Shown here: one piece after another, positions 12,304 through 24,347 of the stretch
Position numbering within the stretch: the first letter of the stretch is position 1
Layout: each line of letters begins with the position of its first letter
DNA from: Octopus sinensis
Taxonomy: Eukaryota
Direction of reading: 5' to 3'
Assembly: GCF_006345805.1 (NCBI RefSeq)
Contig: NC_042999.1
Coordinates: 54,684,001 to 54,748,000 of the forward strand
Length of the DNA: 64,000 nucleotides
Translations under genes and position numbers: made by a program
Notes under the pieces: generated by a model
Told to the model about the DNA's origin: nothing
The model's input: the letters and a program-made list of their open reading frames with translations, nothing else
The model's database searches: none

Positions 12304-12685
12304 GTCTAAACCATTCCGAAGAAACGCTGTAAAGCTAAGCGCTTTATGGACGTGAAACCCAGGCTAACCCCATAGACCGACCATATCTTTCTTTATCTAA
12401 TTACTCTATTGTTCTATAATTTAGAGTGTGCGTCTCTTTCGGATTTATGATTTACTGACGATATATACTAGCGGGCCTCCCAGTCTTCGGCCCTCAAATG
12501 TATTCATAAGGCACATATTGGTATCTATCGTAATGCCCATTTTGTTTACAATAAAAGTTGTTAAAAAGGTATTTCAATATTGCATAACATAATTTTTAAC
12601 ATTTATTTAGAATGCCTAGATTATGTTATAGGTGTATAGATTCTAGCGCATGTTCAGCTCTAGAGGCATACAGGTATGGCTTTAT

Positions 12686-12830
12686 GACCCCCAGACATAT
12701 ACAAGAAAATAAATAAGTTGAAGTGCATTTATCGACCCCTTGACTAGTCCCATCAACCCCAGGGTCGATATCGACCTCTTTGAAGACGCCTGGTCTAAAC
12801 CAATCTGAAAAAACGCTGTAAAGTTAAGCA
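12686..12830 (+). repeat. Local duplicate of the MITE 3' part plus flank (copy of ~12199-12340)
   Basis: Near-identical sequence that includes the TSD and the adjacent hammerhead arm start. Confidence 0.85.
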
Positions 12831-12869
12831 AGTCAATTAGGTGCACCTATGCATACATATTTACACGCG

Positions 12870-12900
<31 letters not shown>

Positions 12901-13206
12901 GCATGTACAGAGTTGGTCATGCATATGTGTACCTGTGTAGATGTGGTTGTAAATGTGTGCTCGCGAGTCTGCTGTACACACACTGGCCATTGTTCGCAGT
13001 TTATCAGCCACAATGAACAATGTTCATTGTATCATATCTCCAAATACCATTAGTAGTTTGGGAGAGCGGTGGCGATCATATGGATAAAAGTGTGTGTGTG
13101 TAGCGAGAGAGACAGACAGAGAAACAGAATATGGTGAATGGTAGAGCGTCGATCAGAGTATGTTGCAGTAATTAGATGTCCTTATGTGGTTAGCTCCCTT
13201 GACGCC

Positions 13207-13262
13207 GATAATACTGGACTGATGATGGCTTAGCTGGCCGAAACTTCGAAGTTATTGTCAAT
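13207..13262 (+). ncRNA. Hammerhead-like motif (ACTTCGAAGT family)
   Basis: CTGATGA-T-GGCT-TAGCT-GGCC-GAAA-CTTCGAAG-TT-ATTGTC; core intact, stem I displaced by a 6-nt bulge. Confidence 0.5.
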
Positions 13263-13714
13263 ACTATTCTTGTTAAGGAATAATGCATACACACGTACAT
13301 AACGGGGTAGAAAAGGGTGGTTAGTAATAGAGATGAACAGTGATGGCTGTCAATAACAAATGATTCGGAGGAGATGGAATGATGGAGGACAGTATAGAAA
13401 GGGGAGGGAGTAGCGGGATGCGGCCAACTTTACTTACCCCGGCAGCTCAATAAAGTGAATAGTAGAGGTAGTGAGCGAAGAAAAGGGAGCGTTAAGGGGA
13501 GATAAGTGGTAGGGATGAGGGAATAGATACAGAGAGGGTACCAGCGACGAGGCAGACAGCAGGGTATGGATTTTACAAGAACAGTAAGTAAAGGAACCAA
13601 ATGTATCTGCGTGTGCACTAAGGTGTATGTGTGAGTGTGTATGTATATATATATATATATATATACATACATATGTGTGTGTATGTACACACATACACAC
13701 ACCTTCCAGCCTGC

Positions 13715-14240
13715 ATCATTATCACCATCTTTAACGCTTGTTTCACCATACTCTTACTCGAGTGTCGGGTGTTCTCCTGCTCTGCGTGTTGCCAATTAAC
13801 GCGGTCCTTAATTACCTCCGTCAACAGAACAAAACACTTGGGGTTAGCCTTCACCATTTCTTCCCAATTCTCCCTCAGTCTCCCCCATCCACGGGTTCCA
13901 TTCTTTTAGAGCCCTTGCCACATCTTTAAACAACTATCCCCCCCCCTCCATGTGCATCACCTGCCCATTCCAGCACAGATCCCTTCCTTATATACACCTG
14001 ATTCTTTTAACATCTTGATTTTCTCTCAACTCATTACACATCCGGCGGGACGTGTTCGCTTCATTTCATTCTAGTTTGCTAACCTCAAAATCCATTCTCG
14101 GTTACCATGCAGCGCCACAATTCGTACGCAAGCATCATACAATCTTCCTTTCTCTCTGAGAAGGAAAATCTTTATTGCCAACAGAGGTAACAGCTTTTTG
14201 AACTTTCTCCAACCCGTTCTTACTTTGACTTCTATATCCC
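13715..14240 (-). mobile_element. RTE-clade LINE 3' fragment
   Basis: Minus strand translates VRTGWRKFKKLLPLLAIKIFLLREKGRLYDACVRIVALHG and WEEMVK..DRVNW; (GAT)-type tail. Confidence 0.8.
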
Positions 14241-14502
14241 CCCACGCCGCTCGAAATTTGGTTACTTACTTAACCAGAAGCTGTGTCCATAGTTTGTAAC
14301 AGCTATAACGTATACACAATTACGCATGCGCGCGTACATACATGCATACATACATACATACGCACATACATACATACTACAAGTTCAGGTTTATACCTGT
14401 AATTATTGGGGCCCTGGGATATGTAACACACTGCCTAAATACCAATCTTACGAAATTTGGAGGTGGGGAAAGACAAGCACACGCACACATACACACACAC
14501 AC

Positions 14503-14724
14503 GTCGGGCTTCTTTCAGCTTCGTATTTCAGACGAAATGCTGCTAAGCAATTCGCCTGGCGTGCTAACGTTTCTGCCAGCTCGCCAGCTTCCGTCTACCA
14601 AATCCACTCACAAAGTTTAGTCGGCCCAAGGCTACAGTACAAGACACGTGCCACGCAGTGAGACTGAACGAGGAACTATGTGATTGGGAAGCAAATTTCT
14701 TATCGCGCATCCATGCCTGGGCCT
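14503..14724 (-). mobile_element. Family A SINE 5' half with a nested family B head fragment
   Basis: Family B head at ~14529-14585 lies between duplicated CAGCTTC. Confidence 0.75.
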
Positions 14725-14759
14725 AAACATGCATATGTTTAACTTTTACAAGGGAAAGA

Positions 14760-14838
14760 GTGACAACGACTTCGAAGAATCAGCCTGCTTGCTTTCATCA
14801 GACTATTAGATGAAAGCTATTTCGAAGTTACTGTCAAA
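14760..14838. repeat. Inverted degenerate hammerhead pair (ACTTCGAAGT family)
   Basis: TGACAACGACTTCGAAG..TTCATCAGACT..TTCGAAGTTACTGTCA; CTGATGA on the minus strand. Confidence 0.5.
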
Positions 14839-16608
14839 CTTTTCTATTTAATAATCCTTCAGTTGAATTGTTTTTATTATAACTTATCAAAAACAAAAGA
14901 ACACACATCATATCATGCATTTCAGAATCAGTTCCCTGCTTTCACGATAGCTCTGCTCAATGGCAACCAGACTTTCCTTTCGCGCTTACCTACTCCTAGT
15001 AACGTAATTTGACATAACCCCAACCCCTTATTGCCATGCATAAAGTACGCACTAAATAATCTCTCTCTATAAAGGTCCGTGACACTAACGAAACATTACA
15101 TTTAAAATAGCGCGTTAGCACTAGCATGTACGTAATGCTTGCGTGTGTGTTTATGTATATATAAATTGATATAGAACCATATCTCTCAGTAAATATGTAA
15201 TTTATTACCTGGCATAATACATATTCTACTGAGCTATTATTTGTGATATTTTTTCAGTATATTATCACTAGTTTTTAAAATTTCTACGGTTTTACTATGA
15301 TTTTGTTAATCTATAAAGCCAATGTCTTTGTAGCCCCACTATCCACCCTCCTCTCTCTACCCCTTTACACCTAATCTGAGTATTTGCATCTGTGAGTAAA
15401 TAGGTGTGTGTGTGTGTGGTGTGTGTGTGACATGTGCGGTGAGAAGGTGAGAACTTTCAGAAGTGAATTTGTTTGCCGAATGATTAAAGAAAGTCGGGTG
15501 GAAGGCAGCTAGGTGTATAAGGTAGGCAAGTAGGAAAGTACATAAGCAGATAAGCAGGTAGGTAGGTATGTATATAGGTAAGGTTGGAAGGTAAGTAAAT
15601 ATGTTGATTGATTTGCAGACCGACTGATAGGCAGGTAGGTAACTAAATTGACATACTCCTGTCTGGCAGAATCTCGTAGATTGGTAGGTTAATGTGGGTA
15701 AATGGGAAGGGAGATTTTTAGATAGATTGATAGATATCTCAAGAGGTAAACATACAAGACAGATTTAGCTCGAGGCCAATCCTGAGTTAACATGCAGTTT
15801 AAGAGTTTAAAAAGAAAAAAAAAACAAAATTGACCGGAGGTGAAGAGTGACATCTCATGATTTCATAAAGGGAACGTTAAAAGAACTGGTGAAATCCCTT
15901 AACTTTCAACGAAACTCCCTCGTTATGCTGCATTCTCAAGTACCTAGTTGTAGAGTATCTTCTGATGATGTCGAGTAATTTAGAAACAGCAGCTGAAGTA
16001 CACCGCTCCCAAGTACTCAATCCAACAATGAACACCACCACTGAGAAAGCAATTCGATGGGTTGCATATCGATCCATGACAGCCATCACAGCTACATGTG
16101 AGCAATGCAATAATCCTACATGAGTACTGAGCTGTACAGAAAGAACAGAGCGAAAGTGTTGTCCATGTTCCTGTTGATCCATGGTCTATAAATTGGTTAC
16201 AGGAAGTTATCAGATTTAATTGTTGTCACTTCCGGTCAGTTTACTTTCACTTTTTAAACTCCTAAACTGCATGCTCCCTTAATCCTGATCTATCAAACTT
16301 ATTATGGAAGACGTTTCAAATATGACAATTCCATCTCTATCAGAGAACACATGTGGTGTTTGTGTGTATTGAAAACAGAAAAGAGAAACTGCTAAGAGAT
16401 TTGGGTCTTCGTTTGGTTGAGATTAAAAGTAAATCTGTCGAAGAATAAATCCATGAATGGGCTGACAGAAAGGTAAGAGGCACAGACAAACTGTTCAGAC
16501 TACAATCAGGTGGACCTGTCCTGGAATAAATGCGACTGTAAGACACCCAGTGACATTTAAGCATTTAAGGTATTTTAATTGTGACTGTGAGTGATAAAGC
16601 ACTAAAGT

Positions 16609-17050
<442 letters not shown>

Positions 17051-17129
17051 TGTCTGTCTCATTGTATCGGCCAGATTATCGGATGTCGTTACGCACCGCT
17101 AGTCACAATGCGCTTCAACGCATTGTTGT

Positions 17130-17260
17130 CGCTTCCGGGTTGTCAATTTAAAGCTGTGCAATTGTTTTGCTCAAGAACACAATGCACAGCCGATCTGGGA
17201 ATCGAAACCACGATCCTGCGACTAGGAGTGCAACACCCTAACCGCTTGACTACGCGCCTT
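17130..17260 (-). mobile_element. Family C SINE head
   Basis: TTTTGCTCAAGAACACAA..GGAATCGAAACC..CCCTAACCGCT. Confidence 0.7.
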
Positions 17261-17789
17261 GATTATTACACACACACACACATTAATTTAACTAAATAAG
17301 GATACATCTCACAATATTCTTGCATATTCTTTTCTGTGGCGAGGAATAGGAGTTCCTGGCTGCTGCTAAAGCTTCTCTTTGAGCGTATCGAGTTGGGGGC
17401 GGGTGCTATATTAGGGTTGTTCTTTTAGGGGGCGACGCTAAACGAGTATAAGGAAAGGGAAGAGGCAATTTAGAAGAAAGGGTTTATTTTTGAGATAAGA
17501 AATGTGTTCGTTTGGAAGGAGGTGGGATTGTGTGTTGGTTTGGTTTTGTTTACTTTGATCTGGAAGGAAATTACAGAAGTCTTCACATTGAGGTAGAATA
17601 CATTTGGCAGTCGGGAATCTGTGGTGGGGGGGTACGGTGATGGGTGGGTAGAAGAGGTGGAGGAAGGGGATGCATTGATGTAACGGGTAAAGTTGGGTTG
17701 GTTTATAGTTTAACTGTACATCAGTAGGAGATATTCGTTGTAAAGGTGTTACACGAGGTGTGGATGTGTGTAACTTTGTAATTACGGGT

Positions 17790-18034
17790 ACTCGAGGTCG
17801 TGAGTTGGATACCCGGCGTTGTGTTCTTGAGTACAACGCGTTATTTCACGTTGTGCCTGTAATTCAAAGGGCCAGCCGTATCCCATTCTATTTCGCGTTG
17901 AATCTCCCTGAGAAATATTTTAAGGGTACGCTGTCTGTAGAATAGTCCTTCACTTGCACGTTAATTCCATGAACAGGTTGTTTCATTGATCGGATCAACT
18001 GGAACAGTTATCGTCGCAACCGACGGAGTACCAG
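17790..18034 (+). mobile_element. Family C SINE
   Basis: GTTGTGTTCTTGAG..CACTTGCACGTTAATT..GATCGGATCAACTGGAAC..CCGACGGAGTACCA. Confidence 0.8.
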
Positions 18035-18107
18035 TCACACGAGTTAGTAAACTTGGGATACTTAAAATCCGGTGGAGCTATGAGAGTCAGAGAATAAATA
18101 TAATGAT

Positions 18108-18342
18108 TATCATCATTATCATCGTTGTTTAACATCCACTTTCCACGCTGGCATGGGTTAGACGGTCTGACTGAGGACTGGATGTCCTTCCTACCTCCGA
18201 AGGTGTAGTGGGTACTTTTTACATGCCACCGGCACGGGAGCCAGTCAGGCGGCACTGACATCAACCACGCTCCTCAAATGGTGATTTTTACGTGCTGCCG
18301 GTACGTGTGCCAATCAGGCGGCACCGGCATCGGCCACGGCAA
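18108..18342 (-). mobile_element. RTE-type 3'UTR repeat with (GAT)n tail
   Basis: Homologous in reverse to 59990-60295; internal repeats of TTTTACGTGCCACCGGCAC type. Confidence 0.7.
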
Positions 18343-19417
18343 CGTTTTCACTTATGTGCTAATTTTGTAACGTTGACTGAGTTGATGAGTAGAGGTAAAA
18401 ATAGAGGAGGAATTCGTGAGAATTGATCCAGCAGACAAGAGTCTCTTGTAAAATTCTGTTGTTGTTTAACCCTAGGTTAGCCCTGATCAAGCAGACCTTT
18501 GATCAGACATTACCACAATGACCATCGTTTTTCCTAAACACAGTCCATTAAGAACTAATTAAGAATTTGTCCTTCCTTTGGTAAACCGTCATGGTGTGAT
18601 TTCATAAAGATATTTGGCTGCTATTTCATGCAGCTTGGGGGAAGGCGACAGACTCTTCTGTTTTGGTCGTTTTAATAGTTGTTGTTGTCGTATGCTTGTT
18701 GTTGTTACTGGTGGTGGTGGTGGTGCATTCAGTCTGATGAGATTGTAACAATTAATGAATATAGAGAAAACGTAAGCAAAGAGAGAGGCGGGGAGGGAGG
18801 GGAGCGAATTCCAGGGGGAGGCAGTTCTGAGGAGAAAGGATTCGCGAAAGTATTTAGTAAGAGATAAAATAGTGGAGAAGAACTACGTATATAAATTGGT
18901 TTAGGGATTTAGATCAGTCTCAGGTGAGTAGTAGTAGTAGTAGTAGTAGTGGTAGTGGTGGTGGCGGCGGATGAGACAGAGGAGTCACAACACGTACGTG
19001 AGACCGTTTGTTCGGTCACTTGTTAGCCTTGCTCCACCAGGCACACATGATGGAAAGCATTTCAACTCCAACGTACCCACGTTTTTAAGACAGCAGTATG
19101 TGATTTATTAGAGAATTGGCTGCTGTTCTTAGTAAGTCGAATGACCATCTTAGGGGTACCCTCGCGGTCTTGTGATATACGAGTTGTGGCGTACTGTTGA
19201 CCGAGTCTTTGACCACAAACAATATTGTTTCTTATCGATGTTTGTATGTAGCTGAGGTTCAAGATCCGTTTCAAATGTGCCACATTTGAACAGTATAGGG
19301 TGGAGTGGGGTGATCAGCTGATCCGGGTTTAAGGTATTTTCTGATCCAAAAGAGGAAACCTTCAAAGTGTTACCTGTATTATAGATGTGGAATTGCTCTG
19401 AAAACTCAGTAGATGTT

Positions 19418-19783
19418 GGTGAGGCGTAGCTGTGTGGTAAGAAATTTGCTTCTAAACCACATAGTTCCGAGTTCAGCCTCACCGCGTTACACCTTGGGCA
19501 ACTGTCTAATAGCCTTGGGCTAACCAAAACCTTGCAATTAGATTTGGAAGCCCCTCGTGTGTGTGTATTGTGTGTGTGTCTCTGTTTACACCCCAACACC
19601 ACCACCGCTTTACAACCGGTATTGGTTTGTTTACGTCCCAGTAACTTAGCGGTCCAGCAAAAGAGACCGGTAGAATAAGTACGAGGCTTAAAAAATTAAG
19701 CTCTGGAGTCGATTCGTTCGCCTAAAATTCAAGACGGTGCCCCAGCTTGGCCGCAGTCTAATAATGACTGAAACAAGTAAAAG
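19418..19783 (+). mobile_element. Family A SINE, diverged
   Basis: Head, CCTTGGGCAA core and tail all recognisable. Confidence 0.85.
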
Positions 19784-19937
19784 ATGGCGCAGTTGAGCTT
19801 TAGAATGGATTTAGCCCTGTTCTTGTGTTCTTCTTCTGTAGACCTGTTTGAGTCATGTAACAAAGTATTCTGTCTGGTGCGTATGTGGTGATTTGAGCCC
19901 AGCTCAGTCCTAACTCGGTTGATACATCACTAAAGGT

Positions 19938-20462
19938 TATTTACATTTGATGGATATTTGTCCTCATCTTGTTTGTTGTTAACACAACGTTTCGGCTGAT
20001 ATACTCTCCAGCCTTCATCAGGTGTCTTGGTGAAATTTCGAACCTGGGTTCTCATTCCTAAGATATTTTTCAATGCTGTTATTATCATTATTATTATTAG
20101 TAGTAGTAGTAGTATTCAGGTAACTGCTTGGAATCGAACTCGGAATCTTGGGTTAGTAGCCCGCGCTCTTAACCACTACGCCAATATACCCGTCATCTGT
20201 AAATAATGTAAATACTGTACATAATTCCTCATCTCTTAAATATCGAACTGTATTAGCTAATCGGTACGGAGCCGATTTTAAACTGCAATGGAGACATATA
20301 GAGAAACCCCATCAGGACTAGCTCGTCTTTCAAACCATCTAACTTTCCTGTGTAGCTGTAGAGACTAAAAAAAAACAAAAAACAAGTTGAGGACAAATAT
20401 CCGTCAAATGTAAATAATGTAAATAAATTACATAATTCCTCATCTCTTAAATATAGAACTGT
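19938..20462 (-). mobile_element. tRNA-headed, hammerhead-containing non-autonomous retroelement with inverted 3' duplications
   Basis: 12-bp TSD ATCACTAAAGGT (19926-19937, 20463-20474); minus-strand A box TGGCGTAGTGG and B box GAGTTCGATTCC (~20125-20183); hammerhead at 19982-20025; 3' end repeated in plus orientation at ~20190-20252 and ~20378-20462. Confidence 0.8.
19982..20025 (-). ncRNA. Minimal type I hammerhead ribozyme
   Basis: ACAC-CTGATGA-A-GGCTG-GAGAGTATAT-CAGCC-GAAA-CG-TT-GTGT: 4-bp stem I, 5-bp stem II, palindromic loopless stem III (AACGTT), GUU triplet. Confidence 0.8.
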
Positions 20463-20934
20463 ATCACTAAAGGTGTTTCCGTCGCTATCATCACAGACTT
20501 TGTGATCGAAAGCGACCATTTGTTTTTTTAAAGACTTCAGAGTGTAATCTGCTGGAGAGGAATTTTGCTGCTATTTCTAGAAGAGTGAGCGACCGCTTAG
20601 TGACTCCGTCATGTGGGTGTCAAAATTGTCGATAGATGACGCAAGTGCGCAACGAGTTAAGGGGGCGTGAAGTGTGGTATTTGCATAAGTGTTTTGTGGT
20701 TTGTGGTTAAGTGGCAACAGCATATATGAAGCGATTCTGTGATGAAAAGGGGGAAAGTGAAGAAGTGTGAACCAGACGTGAGCAAACTCTGTGTGAGGAC
20801 CAGAATGGAGATCAGAGGAGGACTTGAGCGACATCTGGTTGTTAAGGGTTCACGTTAGATGGAGAAATTCCTGAGACTTCCTGAGAGAAATTGACAACGA
20901 AAACGAAGTCCTTCTCTTCTTTAACTCGAATGTT

Positions 20935-21280
20935 AGTGGCGGTTGGAGACGGTGGGGGAGGTGATGCTGGTTGGAGACGGTGGGGGAGGTGATGCCGGTT
21001 GGAGACGGTGGGGGAGGTGATGCCGGTTGGAGACGGTGGGGAAGGTGATGCCGGTTGAAGATGGTGGTGGAGGTAGTGGTGGTGGTTGGAGGCGGTTGGA
21101 GACGGTGGGGGAGGTGATGCCTGTTGAAGACGGGAGTGGAGGTGGTGGCGGGTGGAGGTGGTTGGCGACGGTGGTGGTGAAGTTGGAGACAGTGGTGGAG
21201 GTTGTGGTGGTGGTGAAGTTAGAGACGGGGATGGCGGTGGTGACGGCGGCAGTGCTTGTGGTCATGGTGGCGGTGTTGGT
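20935..21280 (+). repeat. G-rich minisatellite, 28-bp unit GGTTGGAGACGGTGGGGGAGGTGATGCY decaying into (GGT)n
   Basis: Four to five clear units are visible. Confidence 0.9.
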
Positions 21281-21754
21281 GTTTTTTTTTTTCATGTTTA
21301 TGTGTCAACAAAACCCGTTCATTCATGCAAAAACAAACAAAAAAAATGCATACAAAAGTGTTAGAAAAATATGTAGGGATAAACAAAAACATTGATATAC
21401 AAACACGATGGGTGTGAGGGTGGGGGACAAGGTAAAGACGTTACACAACACGATCGTAATAATAATAATAATGAAAAGATAGCAAAGAAAAAAATGAATC
21501 GGAAAATGTCGGATTTTTATGTACATGTACTGACTAAAGTGGGTCACATGTTTATCAGTGACAAAGAGAAAAATAAAAGTTTGGATTCCAAAAGGAATAA
21601 AAAATCTGCTGATTTGTTACCTACAAAGAAATAGTTTGATCAGAAGACCAAGATAATATGGTGCCACTGTGTAATAGACTTCAGTTGGTGGAAAAAATAA
21701 GTCACTGGACAACTTTTTATAATAACAGTCAGTGTTATTATTAGTAACAACACG

Positions 21755-22160
21755 GGCGCAGGAGTGGCTGTGTGGGAAGTAGCTTGCTTACCATCCACAA
21801 GGTTCCGGATTCAGTCCCACTGCGAGGCACCTTGGGCAAGTGTCTTCTGCTATAGTCTCGGGCCGACCAAAGCCTTGTGATGGGATTTGGTAGACGGAAA
21901 CTGAAAGAAGCCCGTCGTATATATATGTGTGTGTGTGTGTGTGTGTCTGTCTCTCTGTATGTGCTCCCTCCCCCCAGAAACGCTTGACAACTGATGCTGG
22001 TGTGTTTACGTCCCCGTAACTTAGCGGTTCGGCAAAAGAGACCGACGGAATAAGTACTAGGCTTATAAAGAATAAGTCCCGGGATCGATTTGCTCGACTA
22101 AAGGCGGTGCTCCAGCATGGCCACAGTCAAATGACTGAAACCAGTAAAAGAATAAAAGAA
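21755..22160 (+). mobile_element. Family A SINE, full length
   Basis: Canonical head, core and tail. Confidence 0.92.
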
Positions 22161-22179
22161 CATTATTATTATTCATTTA

Positions 22180-22648
22180 GTGGGGGGGGGCATTCTGACA
22201 TGCTTTGGGCGTTTTGAAAGGAGCTGACCAGCTGAAGACCTGCCCCGTCTCCGTGTCTGTTTTGACCTGGTTTCTACGGCTGGATGCCCTTCCTAATGTC
22301 AACCACTTTTCAGTGTGTACTGGGTGTTTTTTTTTTACGCCGGACCGGTACGGGTACTTTTTACGTAGCACCAAACACCCACGAGCCTGCAAGGTTAGGA
22401 ATGCTCAGCTAGAGATGGATACAAGGGGACAGTCCTGTATTCAAGGACAACCACGCTTTTACTTAGCTTGACGTGTCTTTTCAAGCACAGCAAACCGCCA
22501 GGTGTCTGGGTCCCCTGTCAACTCCTCTTTGAGTCCCAATGTCTGTAGTTCCTTTCTCACCACTTCGTCTCACATCTTCTTGAGCCAACTCCTTCCACGT
22601 GTTTCCCTCTAGAATTAGAGATCGGCACCTCTTGATGCAACTATCTTT
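22180..22648 (-). mobile_element. RTE-clade LINE 3' end
   Basis: Minus strand DSCIKRCRSLILEG.., and after frameshifts W..AVLEKTRQAK*, followed by a 3'UTR. Confidence 0.75.
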
Positions 22649-22687
22649 ATTATTATTATTATTATTGTTATTATTATTATTATTATT

Positions 22688-23232
22688 GAGTGAGAGAGCA
22701 GTGCATACCATCAAAGTGACACTGGGGTAAAATATACGAAGCCCAGTATACCCATCATGATTACCCATCTGATAAGGGTACACCAGGCACATGCATCACA
22801 ACCATATGTGCGCGACATGGTGATCTCATATCAAGATAAACAGCACATGACCTTGCAGGTGGGACCCAGTTAGAATTTTCTTCAGGTTGAGTAGCCCATC
22901 CCGCTCAAACGGTCCCTGAATAAGGGTTGTTTAAGGATGTTGAAAGAACCACCCATGTTTCCAGAGGTGAATTATTCAAACCCCAAAGAATCCCTCTCAA
23001 CACATGGCTATGATGTTCCCCTACTACTTCTGCTCGTGATCAGAGATGCACATTTCGTCAGCCACTAAGGGACATGCTCAACTGGTTACGGTCAAACAAC
23101 TGACAAGCAAATCTGTGGTATTGAGCAGAATATTTGCTGTAGCCCATCTTTTATACCAAAACAAAACAATGTACATGATAACACTTCAAGTCAGTTAAGA
23201 TCAGAAGCCATGAGAGCCACTGCCTGGTACTG

Positions 23233-23233
<1 letters not shown>
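22688..23233 (-). mobile_element. ~545 bp non-coding element embedded in (TAA)n; possibly Dong/R4-related
   Basis: Complex sequence bounded by (ATT)n on both sides (22647-22687, 23234-23420); Dong/R4 LINEs are known to target TAA repeats; the assignment and strand are inference. Confidence 0.5.
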
Positions 23234-23279
<46 letters not shown>

Positions 23280-24162
23280 TATTATTATTATTATTATTAT
23301 TATCATTATTATTATCATTATTATTATTATCATTATTATTATCATTATTATTATTATCATTATTATTATTATCATTATTATTATTATCATATTATTATTA
23401 TTATTATTATTATCATTATCATGGGGACTGAACCCGGAATCTTGTAGCTGCGAAGCAATCCTTCTTACCACACAGCCATACGCCTCTGTCTCTATTATGT
23501 ATATTTATATCATTTCACGTTTCTTTATCTTTTGTATAAACACCCCCATACACACACACACACACACACAAATAGTAAACTGTCCTTGTAATGCCTCGCT
23601 CTTTGTTGCCCCTGTGGCAAATAATATATATATATCATTATCATCATTTTTGTTATTATTTTCGCTGACGCTGCAAACGAAATAGTTTCGTCAACGAAAG
23701 CAATACAATATTGGTCAGCATAAAAAGGGTAAATTAGGCGTGGCAAGCGCCGAACGTATGAATGCAGCAATGAATAGCGCACAAGTCTTCCTTTAACAGA
23801 CTTAAAACCGGCTCTTTTATAAACATCACATAACTCGGGTGAGACGTTCTGTTTTATAGTGTAGCGTTGACAAGCATATTGTGTGTGTGTGTCACCAGGC
23901 TGTCTTTATGACAGTGTGAACTATACTACAGTCTAGACATAATTACACAAACTTTATACACCTACATAGCACCAATGATGTAACCAGAAAAACACCTGTG
24001 TGTGTGTGTGTGTTTGTGAAAAGAGAGAGACAGGTTGATAAAGACAGAGATACCCCATCTTTTCCCGCAGGTTCCCATGAACCCAATCCTACATTATTAT
24101 CCAACGGATCTTTCTAAGACGCTACGGTTGATTTAAGGGAAATTTAGCTCCTTTCTCTGGAG

Positions 24163-24347
24163 CAGCAGTTCTCAACCGCAGTTCCCAGGACCGCAAGCGG
24201 CCCTCAAACACCCTTCCGGCAGAAGGATGCTTATCTAATAAAATTTTCTTTGACTTGTTTTACGTTTTGTGGAGCGGCCCCCAATCCACCAAAAAAAAAA
24301 CCATGTTTTGGATCTGTCTCGGATATTAAAAAGGTTGACCACCAATG
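24163..24347. mobile_element. hAT (Charlie-like) MITE
   Basis: CAGCAGTTCTCAACC...GGTTGACCACCAATG with imperfect 8-bp TSD CTCTGGAG/CTCAAGAG. Confidence 0.7.

Larger units (their letters stand above)
11943..12397. mobile_element. Penelope-like inverted-repeat element with hammerhead motifs in both arms
   Basis: ~80 bp inverted arms at 11943-12025 and 12315-12397. Confidence 0.65.

Noticed and set aside
15877-16182. 101-aa minus ORF in non-repetitive sequence, possibly an exon or transposase N-terminus
   Set aside because: No recognisable motif and no convincing splice signals
20125-20185. Functional tRNA gene (also other SINE heads)
   Set aside because: No paired acceptor stem; embedded in retroelement bodies
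20933-21395. Pro/Thr-rich or Gly/Val-rich ORFs; also 48178-48585
   Set aside because: They derive from minisatellite and trinucleotide repeats
23220-23236. Resemblance of CCTGGTACTGCA to the U2 snRNA 3' region
   Set aside because: Only ~12 nt, with no further U2 similarity
24052-24090. Strong acceptor CTTTTCCCGCAG as exon 2
   Set aside because: The phase-2 continuation hits TGA after three codons
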